Shown here: one piece after another, positions 9,032 through 18,358 of the stretch
How the letters are laid out: each line of letters begins with the position of its first letter
Numbering within the stretch: the stretch's first letter is position 1
Source of the DNA: an uncultured Polyangiaceae bacterium
GTDB taxonomy: Bacteria; Myxococcota_A; Polyangia; Polyangiales; Polyangiaceae
Reading direction: 5' to 3'
NCBI GenBank assembly: GCA_964492175.1
Contig: CAZBJI010000014.1
Coordinates: 301 to 52,830, forward strand
DNA: 52,530 nucleotides
Notes under the pieces: generated by a model
What the model was told of the DNA's origin: nothing
Databases searched by the model: none
Seen by the model: the letters and a program-made list of their open reading frames with translations, nothing else
Made by a program: the position numbers and the translations under genes

Positions 9032-9742
9032 TCACCCACGTTGATCGAAGTGCCGCGTGCCGTCGCGCGTGACCTGCTCGACCGCGCGCCCCTGATCGTA
9101 GAGGGTCGCGCCGACCGGGTAGCCGTCGTCCTCCCAGAGCTTGGTCCATCCGTGCCGGACCCCGCCCGCCCACATGATCTGAGCGCAGACGACACCGCCG
9201 GGGGAGTAGGCGGTGTGGAGGCCGTGCTCGCGGTGGACCTTCGGCTCCTTGTCGGCGAAGAAGCCGACGCTCGCTCGCCTGCCCGTCGGGTGGTACTCGA
9301 TCGCCCAGCGCAGGCGGCCCTGGTCGTAGAAGCGCTGCGACTGAAGGCCGCCGGACGAGAAGAAGCCGAGGCTGAGCCCGTGCCAGATCGGAACTTGGCT
9401 GAGGGTAGGGGGGATGGCGCACGCGACCAGGTGGGGCGTGGAGTAGACGCGGGTCCCGGCCGCGCCGCGTAGGTCCGCCTCCGTGAGGTGGGGCCGGAGC
9501 GCGTTGTCGGAGATCCACGTCGGGACCTCCACCGCCGGCTCGGGCATGAAGAACTCGAGCGCGGCGCCGCTGATCGGCGGTCGATCCTTGAACTTCACCC
9601 GCGCCGTGGACGCCAACGACAGCGCCCGACGGAGCGAGTCGATCTGCGCCTCGATGGCTGCGCGCGTGTCCGCCCCCGCCCCCGGCAGATCCGCCTCGAG
9701 GCTGGCGATCATCGCGGTGATGTCGGAGTCGCGCTGGGTCAC
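9032..9742 (-). CDS. hypothetical protein with MORN/YwqK-like repeats
   Basis: 236 aa with GC3 bias. The C-terminal half has G..G.W..Y..DG-type repeats (HGLHTAYSPGGV..., GWTKLWEDDGYPVGATLYDQG). It is convergent with the protease gene. Confidence 0.35.
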   Translation of the reverse strand: MTQRDSDITAMIASLEADLPGAGADTRAAIEAQIDSLRRALSLASTARVKFKDRPPISGAALEFFMPEPAVEVPTWISDNALRPHLTEADLRGAAGTRVYSTPHLVACAIPPTLSQVPIWHGLSLGFFSSGGLQSQRFYDQGRLRWAIEYHPTGRRASVGFFADKEPKVHREHGLHTAYSPGGVVCAQIMWAGGVRHGWTKLWEDDGYPVGATLYDQGRAVEQVTRDGTRHFDQRG

Positions 9743-9846
9743 GTCGATCGTCTACCTCGGATCCGCAGGACGGAACAGCGGCTTTCGGCCGTTGTCTGTC
9801 GACCGGACGCGCCTCGGCGGCGCGGGAAGGTGAAGGCGATCCGGAG

Positions 9847-10866
9847 GTGGAGGCAGCGGAGCGTGCCCGTGTACCCAGCCTCGTAGCGCCTGTGGCCCTC
9901 GTCGGGGCGGCCGCGGCGGTGTTCTCCCTCGCGGGCTTCGGGTCCTACTCGCCCGGGGCCGCCCGCGCGAGCCTCGCGCTCGCGGCGCTGTGGGGCGCAT
10001 CGGCGGGAGGCCTCGCCGGGATCGTGCTCGGGGCGTGGGAGGCGCGGCGTGACCCGGGGTCGCGAGAGGCGACGCTTCTTCGGGTGGGCCTCGTCGCGCT
10101 GTCGGCCGGCGCGCTCGTCGGGGCGGGCGTGGGCCAAGCGTCCGGGGCGAGGATGGACTTTCCGGGCTTCGTGGCAGGCGGAGCGGCGGCGGGCCTCCTG
10201 TTCCTCCCTGCGTGCTGCGCGATCGTCGACGCGGCCCGCCGGGCCGCTCGGGCGCGGTCCGGGTCGATCGTCGCCGCCGCGGATCGGCGCTCCGTGTGGA
10301 GCACGTCGCTCGCCGCCGCGTCCCTCGCCACCCTGGCGCAGGTCCCCGCGCTCCTCTCCGGGTGCGCGACGCGGCCGCTCTCCGTGCCGCAGCACCTCGC
10401 CCTCGCCCTCGGCGTCGGGGTCCTCTGTCTCGTCGCGCTCCTCGGGATGGCGCGCTCCGACGCGAGAGGCTCCGCCGAGCTCGACGCGGTCGACGTCGGC
10501 GTCGAGATCGCGGGCCTTCACGCGGTGGTGCCGGCGCGCGTCGTGGACGTCGGGCTCGGCGACGCCCGGTGGGCCCGCGGCGCCGAGGTCCGCACGTACA
10601 GGACCGCGCCGCGCACGGACGTCGTGCTTCGCGGCGACCCCGCCGTGGCGCGGGGGGCGCTCGCGGCCGCGCGTCGCGGTCGCGCGGTCTCGCAGCTCCT
10701 CGCGATGCTCGGCGTGATCTGCTCGCTCGGCCTCGGGCTCGCGCTCGACGTGCGGGAGGCAGGGGGGCAGGAGTGCTTTCGCCGGGTTCGGCGCTGGGAT
10801 GGGGCCGCCGGCTGCCCGTGCGTCGCGAAGGCGCGCTTCGAGGAGGAGTTCCGCGCGAGACACTGA
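9847..10866 (+). CDS. hypothetical integral membrane protein
   Basis: 339 aa with strong GC3 bias and 6 or more hydrophobic segments rich in A/L/G. The competing minus-strand ORFs (9739..10863, 9752..11143) are R/P-rich shadows. Confidence 0.5.
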   Translation: MEAAERARVPSLVAPVALVGAAAAVFSLAGFGSYSPGAARASLALAALWGASAGGLAGIVLGAWEARRDPGSREATLLRVGLVALSAGALVGAGVGQASGARMDFPGFVAGGAAAGLLFLPACCAIVDAARRAARARSGSIVAAADRRSVWSTSLAAASLATLAQVPALLSGCATRPLSVPQHLALALGVGVLCLVALLGMARSDARGSAELDAVDVGVEIAGLHAVVPARVVDVGLGDARWARGAEVRTYRTAPRTDVVLRGDPAVARGALAAARRGRAVSQLLAMLGVICSLGLGLALDVREAGGQECFRRVRRWDGAAGCPCVAKARFEEEFRARH

Positions 10867-10897
10867 GAGCTCGCGCTCGCGCGGCCGCGACCGGAGA

Positions 10898-10929
10898 TGT
10901 CACGTGACAACCCCCTGGTGTCACGTGAC
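10898..10929. promoter_or_regulatory. two copies of the palindrome TGTCACGTGAC(A), candidate operator upstream of the 11001..14597 operon
   Basis: A perfect 12-bp palindrome tgtcacgtgaca lies at 10898..10909. A second copy, tgtcacgtgac, lies at 10919..10929. Centre-to-centre spacing is 21 bp, i.e. two helical turns. They sit about 70 to 100 bp upstream of the first gene's start. Confidence 0.45.
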
Positions 10930-11000
10930 GATCCGGGCCTGCCCCGACGAAGATCGCGGCGTTTCGGGGTGAGGTCGCCGCACCTCGCGCGGCACGGTGG

Positions 11001-12428
11001 GTGCATCGTGCCCACACCATGCGACGACTCCTCTGGCTGGGCCTCCCAGCGCTCACGCTCCTACCGGGACGCGCGGACGCACGACCCGTCGCCCCTGCGA
11101 TCTTCTGTGACTCGTACACCGACGCGCCCATGTGCCTGGCCACCGCCGAGGCCCCGTGCGCGACGTGCCACGGTCAGGCGCCGAACCTCAACGCCTACGG
11201 GGGCGCGGTCCGCGCCTCCCTCTTGGAGCAGACGGCCACCCTCGATGACGCGGCGTTCGACGCCCACCTGGCCACGGTGCTCGTCGCGCTGGAGACCCAG
11301 GACTCGGACGCCGACGGCTTCACCAACGCCGACGAGATCACGAGCGGGAGCTACCCAGGCGACGCCGCGAGCCTGCCGCTCGCGCCCGTGTGCCCCGACT
11401 CCGTCGAGGGGCTCAGCTACCAGATCTGTCAGTACGACACGCGGTTCGCGTACGTGCGTACGTGGATCGACTTTTGCGGTCACCGCCCTTCCTTCGAGGA
11501 GCTGTCGACCTTCGAGTCGCTCGACGAGACGACGCGTCGCCAGGCGATCCACGAGGCGCTCGACGCGTGTCTCTCGTCCGAGTTCTGGCGAGGTCGGGAC
11601 GGCGCCGTCTGGCAGCTCGCCCACCGGAAGATCCGCCCCGTCGCGGCGCTGAACGGGATCCTCGATGCCGACTACGACGTCGACTACGCGCAGTTCGCCT
11701 GGGCGCACATCGACGGGCACGACGTGCGCGACCTCCTCGTCGCGCAGTACCTCGTCACGGTGGAAGAGGGCCCGGACGGGAGGACGGTGTACGCCCAGAC
11801 GAACGACCTCTTCGGCCAGCCGATGCAGCCCCAGTTTCGAGCGGGCATGCTGACGACGTCGTGGGTGCTGCTCTTCAACACGATGTTCACCGCGGTCCCC
11901 AGGACCGCCGCGGCGCAGGCCTACCGCTCCTACCTGAACCTGGACATCGCCCAGCTCGAGGGCCTGGTCCCGGGCGCGCCCGCGCCGGTCGACTACGACG
12001 GGAGCGGCATCAGCGCGCCCGCGTGCGCGGGTTGTCACGCGACGCTCGAGCCGCTGACCTACCCGTTCACCCGCTACAACGGGATCCAGGCGCCGCTCTT
12101 CACGTTCGACCCGGGGCGCATGGATGAGCTCGCCGTCGCCCTCGACAAGCCCCTGCTCGCCAGCGTCCCGACGAAGGGCCAGCTCCTCGGTCAGGAGGTG
12201 GACGGTCTCCTCGAGTGGGCGGAGGTCGCGGCGAACAGCGGAGAGTTCTTCCGCGCCGTGACCGAAGACTACTGGATCACGCTCGTGGGGGCGCCGCCCG
12301 CCCCCGACCAAGCCGAGCTGTTCGCGGACTACGAGGCGACGTGGCAGTCGCTCGCGGCGGACCCCGGCCACTCGGTGAACGCCATGCTCCACACGCTCGT
12401 CGACACGGAGGCGTACGGTGCTCCCTGA
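11001..12428 (+). CDS. secreted protein with two CxxCH haem-binding-type motifs (cytochrome-like; DUF1549/DUF1592-like partner of a TAT-exported DUF1501/DUF1552 protein)
   Basis: Signal peptide MRRLLWLGLPALTLLPGRADA. CATCHG appears near the N-terminus and CAGCHAT about 330 aa later. A DSDADGFTNADE segment looks like a Ca-binding loop. It is the first gene of a tightly packed three-gene operon. Confidence 0.6.
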   Translation: MHRAHTMRRLLWLGLPALTLLPGRADARPVAPAIFCDSYTDAPMCLATAEAPCATCHGQAPNLNAYGGAVRASLLEQTATLDDAAFDAHLATVLVALETQDSDADGFTNADEITSGSYPGDAASLPLAPVCPDSVEGLSYQICQYDTRFAYVRTWIDFCGHRPSFEELSTFESLDETTRRQAIHEALDACLSSEFWRGRDGAVWQLAHRKIRPVAALNGILDADYDVDYAQFAWAHIDGHDVRDLLVAQYLVTVEEGPDGRTVYAQTNDLFGQPMQPQFRAGMLTTSWVLLFNTMFTAVPRTAAAQAYRSYLNLDIAQLEGLVPGAPAPVDYDGSGISAPACAGCHATLEPLTYPFTRYNGIQAPLFTFDPGRMDELAVALDKPLLASVPTKGQLLGQEVDGLLEWAEVAANSGEFFRAVTEDYWITLVGAPPAPDQAELFADYEATWQSLAADPGHSVNAMLHTLVDTEAYGAP

Positions 12429-13089
12429 ACGAATCCACCTCGTCCTGCTCTTGGCTCCCGTCTTGATCGTCGCAGCCGTAGGTTGTGACGACGAACCCGC
12501 CGACGATGGCGCCTCCGTCGGCGGATCGTCGGCCCAAGGCGGTGGTGTGCCGGACGCGCCGCCGGCGTCGCCGAAGGCGCTCGTGAAGCTGAAGAACGCC
12601 CAGCGGTTTCGCGCCGACCTGGCGCTCACGCTCGACCTGCCGGACGAGGACGTCTGCAAGGAGCTCGGCCGCTACGATTGCGCGGGGCTGCACCAGGTGG
12701 TCATGGGATCCGCCGATCCCTACCTCAACCAGCTCTACGAGCCGCTGCCGGCCACCTCCGCGACCTCCCCGCTGGCCTACGAGCGGGTGGCGATGGCGGC
12801 GTGCGTCGCCCGCGTGGGCTTGGACTTTGGCGGACCGGACGGCCTGATCTTCCGCAACCTCCCCCTCAGCGGCGGTGCCCTCGCCGATCCGGCAGATCCC
12901 GCGGTGAGCGAGGCCATTCGGACGCTCTACCGACGCGGCCTCACCCGGGAGGCGACCGAAGGTGAGGTGACAGCGCTCGTCGGCCTCTACCCGGCGGTCG
13001 CGACCGCCGAGCCCGGACAGCCCGCGTCCGCGTGGGCCGTCGCCAGCTGCGTCGCCGTCCTCACCTCCCTCGAGAACGTCTTCTACTAG
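12418..13089 (+). CDS. hypothetical lipoprotein
   Basis: 223 aa. Signal peptide and lipobox LIVAAVGC. It overlaps the upstream gene by 11 nt and ends 14 nt before the downstream gene. GC3 bias is present. Confidence 0.55.
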   Translation: MLPERIHLVLLLAPVLIVAAVGCDDEPADDGASVGGSSAQGGGVPDAPPASPKALVKLKNAQRFRADLALTLDLPDEDVCKELGRYDCAGLHQVVMGSADPYLNQLYEPLPATSATSPLAYERVAMAACVARVGLDFGGPDGLIFRNLPLSGGALADPADPAVSEAIRTLYRRGLTREATEGEVTALVGLYPAVATAEPGQPASAWAVASCVAVLTSLENVFY

Positions 13090-13103
13090 ACAGGACCCAG
13101 GCC

Positions 13104-14597
13104 ATGGACCGTTCCCACATCGTGAATCGACGCAGGGTTCTTCAGGCCTTCCTCGCGGCGGGCGCGGGCGCCGCCGCTGGCGCGACGTCCGGGCGCCGCC
13201 GCGCGCACGCCGCCGGCGACGGCAGGCCGCGCTTCCTGATCGCGTTCGGCGCGCTCGGCGGCGCAGCCATCATCGACAGCTTCTTGCCGATCCGCGCCGC
13301 CGACTCCGCGACCCCGACGACGCTCGACACCTTCAGCGACGCCGAGATCGTGAGCTTCCCCGGATCGCCCATCCGCGCGGTCGACGCGGTCGTGCCGGCG
13401 TCGCCGTTCGTGCCGCCCGGGACGGTGGTCCCGCTCTCGCCGTTCGCGCAGAAGTACCGCGACCAGATGATGGTCACGACGCTCGAGGGCTCCAGCGTCA
13501 ACCACGCCGTCGCGCAGCACCGCGCGCTCACGGGAGGCGGCAGCGCGCTCTCGGGCCGGACGCTGCAAGAGTGCGTGGCGCTCGCCTACGGGGAGGGCTA
13601 CCCGCTGCCCAACGTCAACATGGGCAGCGTCGGGTTCCTGGAGCGCGGCTTCGACACGACGCTCCCCTCGAGCGTGTACGCCGAGCCGATCCCTGCGCCG
13701 ATCCTGAAGCCGCTCACCTTCAGCGCGACCAAAGGGATCCCGGGGGCGCCGAACCAAGCCGCCATCGACGCCATGCGGAGCCTGCGAGACGACCAGCTGG
13801 ACCCCCAGTCGGCCTTCTACCAGGCGTTCCGGCAGAGCGATCGCATCAAGCGCTGGAAGGAGCAGCGCGCGAAGGCGAGCAGCATCGAGGCGGCGCAGCT
13901 CATCGACAAGCTCATCTTCGTCGCGAGCAGCGAGCAGGTCCCGCTCAGCGCCTACGGGCTGGCGACCGCTCCGGAGTACGCGCGCCTCCTCGAGCTCTTC
14001 CCCTCGCTCGCCGCTCCGCTCTCCGACCCGCTCGAGGAGCAGGCGGCGCTCGCGTGCTTGCTCATCAAGCACGGGGTGAGCGTCACCGTGACCATCGCGC
14101 CGGGCTTCGCGCCCATCCTCGGGGGTCCGTTCGGCATCAAGACGACCGTCCTTGCGTTCGACGGGTCACACCAAGACCACCGCGGGGCCCAGGCGCTCAT
14201 GTGGTTCCGGGTGCTCACCGTCGCGGACGGCATCATCCAGTTCCTGTCCGAGAACACCTATGACCAGGAGACGGGCGAGTCGTTCTGGGACCGGAGCATG
14301 ATGCACTTCGCGACCGATTTCGGGCGGGACAAGTCCCGCCCCGACGGCGCCGGGTCCTGGGGCACGGGCCACCACCTCAACAACGGCCACCTCACGATCT
14401 CGCCCTTCGTGAACGGCAACACGGTGCTGGGCGGAGTCGACCCCGACACGGGGCTCACCTACGGGTTCGACCTCCAGACGGGCGCGCCCGATGCGACGCG
14501 CCTGACCAGCGAGCAGGAGAGCTTCGCGGGCCTCGCGCAGGCGCTCGGGCTCGACACGGGGTCGCTGCCCGACGTGCCGGCGATGCGCGCCGGGTGA
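13104..14597 (+). CDS. TAT-exported DUF1501/DUF1552-family protein (sulfatase-like fold)
   Basis: Twin-arginine signal MDRSHIVNRRRVLQAFLAAGAGAAAGA. It is 497 aa measured from the ATG at 13104. The track ORF starts at an upstream in-frame ATG (13032) that would overlap the previous gene. Family membership comes from the TAT signal, the size, and the pairing with a CxxCH protein that is typical of these families. Confidence 0.6.
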   Translation: MDRSHIVNRRRVLQAFLAAGAGAAAGATSGRRRAHAAGDGRPRFLIAFGALGGAAIIDSFLPIRAADSATPTTLDTFSDAEIVSFPGSPIRAVDAVVPASPFVPPGTVVPLSPFAQKYRDQMMVTTLEGSSVNHAVAQHRALTGGGSALSGRTLQECVALAYGEGYPLPNVNMGSVGFLERGFDTTLPSSVYAEPIPAPILKPLTFSATKGIPGAPNQAAIDAMRSLRDDQLDPQSAFYQAFRQSDRIKRWKEQRAKASSIEAAQLIDKLIFVASSEQVPLSAYGLATAPEYARLLELFPSLAAPLSDPLEEQAALACLLIKHGVSVTVTIAPGFAPILGGPFGIKTTVLAFDGSHQDHRGAQALMWFRVLTVADGIIQFLSENTYDQETGESFWDRSMMHFATDFGRDKSRPDGAGSWGTGHHLNNGHLTISPFVNGNTVLGGVDPDTGLTYGFDLQTGAPDATRLTSEQESFAGLAQALGLDTGSLPDVPAMRAG

Positions 14598-14664
14598 GCG
14601 CCACACCTTCGCGCGACAGCCGGGTGAGACCGGCTCTGCCTGCGTCGATGCGAGGGCCGCCCCG

Positions 14665-16593
14665 TCACTCCCGGGACGCGTGGATGAGGCGCGCTCGCCC
14701 GCGCGCCTGGCGCAGCTCGTCCTTGCCTGGTCGCGGGGTCAGCTCGGTCGCGATGCTCGCGTCACGCACCATCGCCAGGTGCTCGAGCGCCATGCCGCGG
14801 ACCTCGCTCGGCAACCGAACGTCTCGCGCCGCGCGTCGCATGGCCGAGGTGCAGGCGTCACCCAGGACCGAGAGGGCCCAGAACGCGTCCTCTATGCTCT
14901 TCCTTTCGGCGTCGCCCGCCGCGCCGACCACCACCTCACACGCGGCTGACGGCTTGCCGCGGGCCAGGTGCTCGTAGGCGGCTTGGCGCGCGAACACCTG
15001 GCGATCGAGCAGGCCGAGGGCGAAGCGCGGGTCCCCGCGCGCAGCCAGCCTGTCGACGAGGTCCACGTGCTCGGTGACGACGACGTTGCCGCGGTCCGTC
15101 CAGTCACCGTGCGCTAGGTTGTCCGTGTGGACCTTCCTCGCGAAGAGGAGCCGCTTGGCGGCGTGGTCCGCGGCCCCGGAGAGCTCCAGGTCGAGGGCCG
15201 CTCGCGCCCCGACCCAAGGCGCGACGCCCGTGTCGTCCGCGTCGTCCACCAGCGCGTAGAGCGCCTTCTCCGCGCCAGCGTCTCCGAGCCCCGCGGAGAG
15301 GGCCAGGTGGAGCGCGAGCTTCTGCTTCGCGGGGCTGCCCCCGTCGCGTGCTCCCGCGAGGTCGCGGTCCTTCGACCGCGCCGCGAGCCAGGCCGAGAGC
15401 TTGCGGCGCGCCTCTGCGTCGTCGCGCGCGAGCGCGCCGGCCTTCTCCCGCGCGCGGAGAGACGCCACCCAGCGGACGAGCTCGTCGTACCGGTGGCGCA
15501 GCAGGAGGGTGTCCATCTCGGCCGCGTCCTGCCCGGGGAACGCCGCCGCGACGAGCTGGCTGTAGCAGTGCGCCCCGCGCTGCGTCCGGATGTCGCCGCT
15601 GAGCTCTCCCCGCACCGCGTCGCGGAGCGCGTCGTCGCCCGCGCGGATGCGGGCCGCGAGGACGCGACAGGTCTCGGTGTCGCGGGGGTGGGCAGGGTCA
15701 TCGCCCAGGTCGGGCGAGAGCCGCGCGAGGATCTCGACCGTGGCCGGGCTGCGGGTCACGACGAGCGAGAGCGCCTTCCTCGTTCGGTTTGCCTCCCCGA
15801 CGTCGTGCCCCTTCGATCTGCCGACGCGATCGAGGACTGCGATCGCGTAGGCCTCGGCCTCCCTCGGATCGAGACGGCCGAGCGAAGCGAGCGCGTCCTC
15901 CCAGACGAGAGGATACGGCTCTCCCTCCCGTGACTCGAGGAACGCGCGGACGGCGGGCGCGGACGCGGTGTCACCCAGGTCGGCGAGCGCCTGGATGACC
16001 GCCTTCTTGAGGTGGAGCCGCGCGATCTCCTCCGGGCCGTCCAGCGGGTTCGCGATGGGGCGCGAGAGCTCGCGTCGCAAGTAGGGTCGCGCCGCGGCGA
16101 GCTGCGCGTCGCCCGCCGCCAACACGTTCTGCTCGAGGTAGGACGCGCCGGGGTGTCGCGCGAACTTCGCTCCGGGCGGCGCCGCGAGGACGCGCAAGAT
16201 TCCGGCCGCGCCTCGCTCGAGCCCGAGGCAGCGGTAGTCGTTGGCGCTGCGATCTCGCGCGGCCGGCGGATCCGGGACCGGGAGCGGCGCCCTCGCCGCG
16301 CGACCGGGGATCGGCTCGGCGACGGGCACGTCGATGACCGGCGTCGGCGCTGGCTGGAGCGGCGCCGGGGCGCGCCGCTTCTCGACGCGGCGCGGTGCCT
16401 CCGGCGATGAGGGCGCGCTGGCTGCGCGCGGGCTGACCTCGTCCTCGTGGCAGACGAGGTACCGCTCGCCGTTGATCGCGGCCGCGTCGGTGGTGAGGAG
16501 GCAGCCTCCGATCGCGATGGCCACCGGCAGGAGGCGCCGCGCGCTCAATTGCAGCGGAAATAGCCGTCCGGGAGCAGCGTCGAGTCTTCGCAC
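14665..16593 (-). CDS. hypothetical secreted/lipoprotein with alpha-helical (HEAT-like) repeats
   Basis: 642 aa with an N-terminal signal peptide and AIAIGGC lipobox. The protein is Ala/Leu/Arg/Asp-rich and helical. The track start overlaps the upstream lipoprotein gene by 49 nt, so the true start may be a downstream non-ATG codon. Confidence 0.5.
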   Translation of the reverse strand: MRRLDAAPGRLFPLQLSARRLLPVAIAIGGCLLTTDAAAINGERYLVCHEDEVSPRAASAPSSPEAPRRVEKRRAPAPLQPAPTPVIDVPVAEPIPGRAARAPLPVPDPPAARDRSANDYRCLGLERGAAGILRVLAAPPGAKFARHPGASYLEQNVLAAGDAQLAAARPYLRRELSRPIANPLDGPEEIARLHLKKAVIQALADLGDTASAPAVRAFLESREGEPYPLVWEDALASLGRLDPREAEAYAIAVLDRVGRSKGHDVGEANRTRKALSLVVTRSPATVEILARLSPDLGDDPAHPRDTETCRVLAARIRAGDDALRDAVRGELSGDIRTQRGAHCYSQLVAAAFPGQDAAEMDTLLLRHRYDELVRWVASLRAREKAGALARDDAEARRKLSAWLAARSKDRDLAGARDGGSPAKQKLALHLALSAGLGDAGAEKALYALVDDADDTGVAPWVGARAALDLELSGAADHAAKRLLFARKVHTDNLAHGDWTDRGNVVVTEHVDLVDRLAARGDPRFALGLLDRQVFARQAAYEHLARGKPSAACEVVVGAAGDAERKSIEDAFWALSVLGDACTSAMRRAARDVRLPSEVRGMALEHLAMVRDASIATELTPRPGKDELRQARGRARLIHASRE

Positions 16594-17123
16594 GTCTCGC
16601 CCATCGGGCAGCTCGAGGGATCGGCCGGATCACAGATCTGCGGGCCGTTGGAGCAGCTGCCGCTCTCGCAGCCCGTGCCCTGGAAGCCGTTGCTGAAATC
16701 CATGCAGCACACCTCGCCCGGGCAGTCCTCCGGTCCGCTGCACGCGAGCGGCTCTTCGCCTCCGCCGCAGCCGGTGTCGCACTGCGCGTTGCCGTTGTTC
16801 TCGTTGAAGCAGCAGACCTGCCCGGCGGTCAGATCACAGGTCTCGGCGCCGCAGGGGACCGTCTGCGTCCCGCTGCCCGTCGTGGTCGAGGCGACCGTCG
16901 TGGTCGTCGTCGTGACCGCGGTCGTCGTCGTCGGTCCGGTGGACGTGGTCATCGTCGCGGTCGACGATGTGCCCGTCGCCGCGGTCGCGCCGGTCGCCGC
17001 CGTCAGGGTGGTCGAGGGGTTCCCGCCCTGGCCCGCGCCTCCGCCGAAGTCGAACTGGTCGTAGTCCTGTAAGCACCCCGTAGTGGGAACCAGCACCACC
17101 GCGCCCCAAAGACAAGCCCTCAT
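16545..17123 (-). CDS. Thr-rich-linker, Cys-rich small lipoprotein
   Basis: Signal peptide and lipobox VLVPTTGC. A roughly 60-aa poly-Thr/Ala/Gly linker is followed by a 14-Cys domain (C-x-A-E-T-C, CCF, CDTGCGGG...). Confidence 0.65.
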   Translation of the reverse strand: MRACLWGAVVLVPTTGCLQDYDQFDFGGGAGQGGNPSTTLTAATGATAATGTSSTATMTTSTGPTTTTAVTTTTTTVASTTTGSGTQTVPCGAETCDLTAGQVCCFNENNGNAQCDTGCGGGEEPLACSGPEDCPGEVCCMDFSNGFQGTGCESGSCSNGPQICDPADPSSCPMGETCEDSTLLPDGYFRCN

Positions 17124-17152
17124 CCACTCAATCTATCACGGGCGGAGCCCGG

Positions 17153-18358
17153 TCAGTCCAGCTCCGTCACCGCGGCGTCCGCGGGCTCTCGCGCGTCGCA
17201 GTGGAGCGCCCCATAGCCACGCGGCCCGAAGAGCGCGCTCGCCCAGACCTCCTCCGTCGCGGCCCCCTCTTGCGCCGGGCGCCTGACCTTGAGGCTGCTC
17301 TCGACCCACACCTCCGAGCCGGCGGCGCGCACGGTGTGGACGTGTAGGCGCGCGCCGGGCGCGACGAAGCGGGGGGCCGGCAGCGACAGCGTGGTCATCG
17401 CGCCCGACGGGCTCCGCCTGTGGACCCCGCTGCCGGTCGCGAGCCACAGCGCCCCGTCGGGGGTTCCCGCGACCGACATCACGCCGGCGTCGAGCCCCAG
17501 AGGGAGCTCGCTCCACGACGCCCCGTCCCAGCGGACGACGTGCTCGGTGCGTCCTTCGACGGGCTGGAACGGCTCGTACGCGGCCAGGTACACCTCGCTC
17601 GAGGAGCGCGCGAAGAGGTCCACGTTCATGTGTCCTTCCAGGGCGGGCCGCGAGGACGCGCGGCGCGGCGTCCACGACGTCTCGCCGGGGCCGCCGTGGA
17701 GCACCCACAGCGTCGTGTCCGGGTGGGGCGTGATGCCCGAGCCCTGGCATCGCCCCGCGACGAAGACGCCGCCGTCGGGGGCGACGTCATGGGCGAGCGG
17801 CAGGAAGGTGCGCTCCTCGGGGCACGTCCGGTCGAGCGGCAAGGCGGGCAGCGAGCCGAGCCCCTCCGGGAGCTCGGCCCCGATAGAGTCCGCGAGGGGC
17901 TCCCAGTGGCCCGAGAAGCCGAAGGCCGCGCTCTCGCGCTCGAACAGCTTGCCGGTGCCGTGGGGCGCGTACCGCGTCGTCGTCACGCGGAGCCAGGCGC
18001 GCCGCGTGAAGTCTCCTCCGAGATCGATCCGCCCGGGCACGTAGCCGCGCGCGTCGCGCGGGAGACCCGCGAGCAGCTCCTCCGCGTGGAACGCCGTGCC
18101 CTCCTTCAGCTCCACCAGGGACTGCGCCTCGGCGAGGCGCTCGCCTGCCACCCAGAGCTCGAGGTCGTAGCCGGTGTCTCCGAACACCAGGAAGCGTCGG
18201 CCTCCCGCGTCCTGCATCGACAGGCGCGCGCACGGCCCTTCGGCGACGACGACCAGGTCGCGCGCGTCGAGCGGCCCCGGCGTCGGGCCCGCCGCGGCCG
18301 GGCACCCGAGGAGCCACCCGCAGAGCGGGGCGAGGGCGCGCGCCGTGGGCGGGGTCAT
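17153..18358 (-). CDS. hypothetical lipoprotein
   Basis: This is the real C-terminal 401 aa of track ORF 17153..19426. It starts MTPPTARALAPLCGWLLGCPAAA (LLGC lipobox). Its ATG (18358..18356) overlaps the TGA of the upstream qor gene as ATGA. Confidence 0.55.
   Translation of the reverse strand: MTPPTARALAPLCGWLLGCPAAAGPTPGPLDARDLVVVAEGPCARLSMQDAGGRRFLVFGDTGYDLELWVAGERLAEAQSLVELKEGTAFHAEELLAGLPRDARGYVPGRIDLGGDFTRRAWLRVTTTRYAPHGTGKLFERESAAFGFSGHWEPLADSIGAELPEGLGSLPALPLDRTCPEERTFLPLAHDVAPDGGVFVAGRCQGSGITPHPDTTLWVLHGGPGETSWTPRRASSRPALEGHMNVDLFARSSSEVYLAAYEPFQPVEGRTEHVVRWDGASWSELPLGLDAGVMSVAGTPDGALWLATGSGVHRRSPSGAMTTLSLPAPRFVAPGARLHVHTVRAAGSEVWVESSLKVRRPAQEGAATEEVWASALFGPRGYGALHCDAREPADAAVTELD

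Noticed and set aside
7833-9518. 561-aa minus ORF, 295-aa + ORF 8585..9472, and small ORFs overlapping the S1 protease
   Set aside because: They are Arg-rich shadows. The + frame at 7977 carries the TAAHC/GDSGGP catalytic motifs.
9739-11143. Minus-strand ORFs 9739..10863 (374 aa) and 9752..11143 (463 aa), and + ORFs 10049..10717 and 10212..10907
   Set aside because: All are R/P/G/S-rich low-complexity frames overlapping the membrane-protein gene 9847..10866. None has recognisable motifs.
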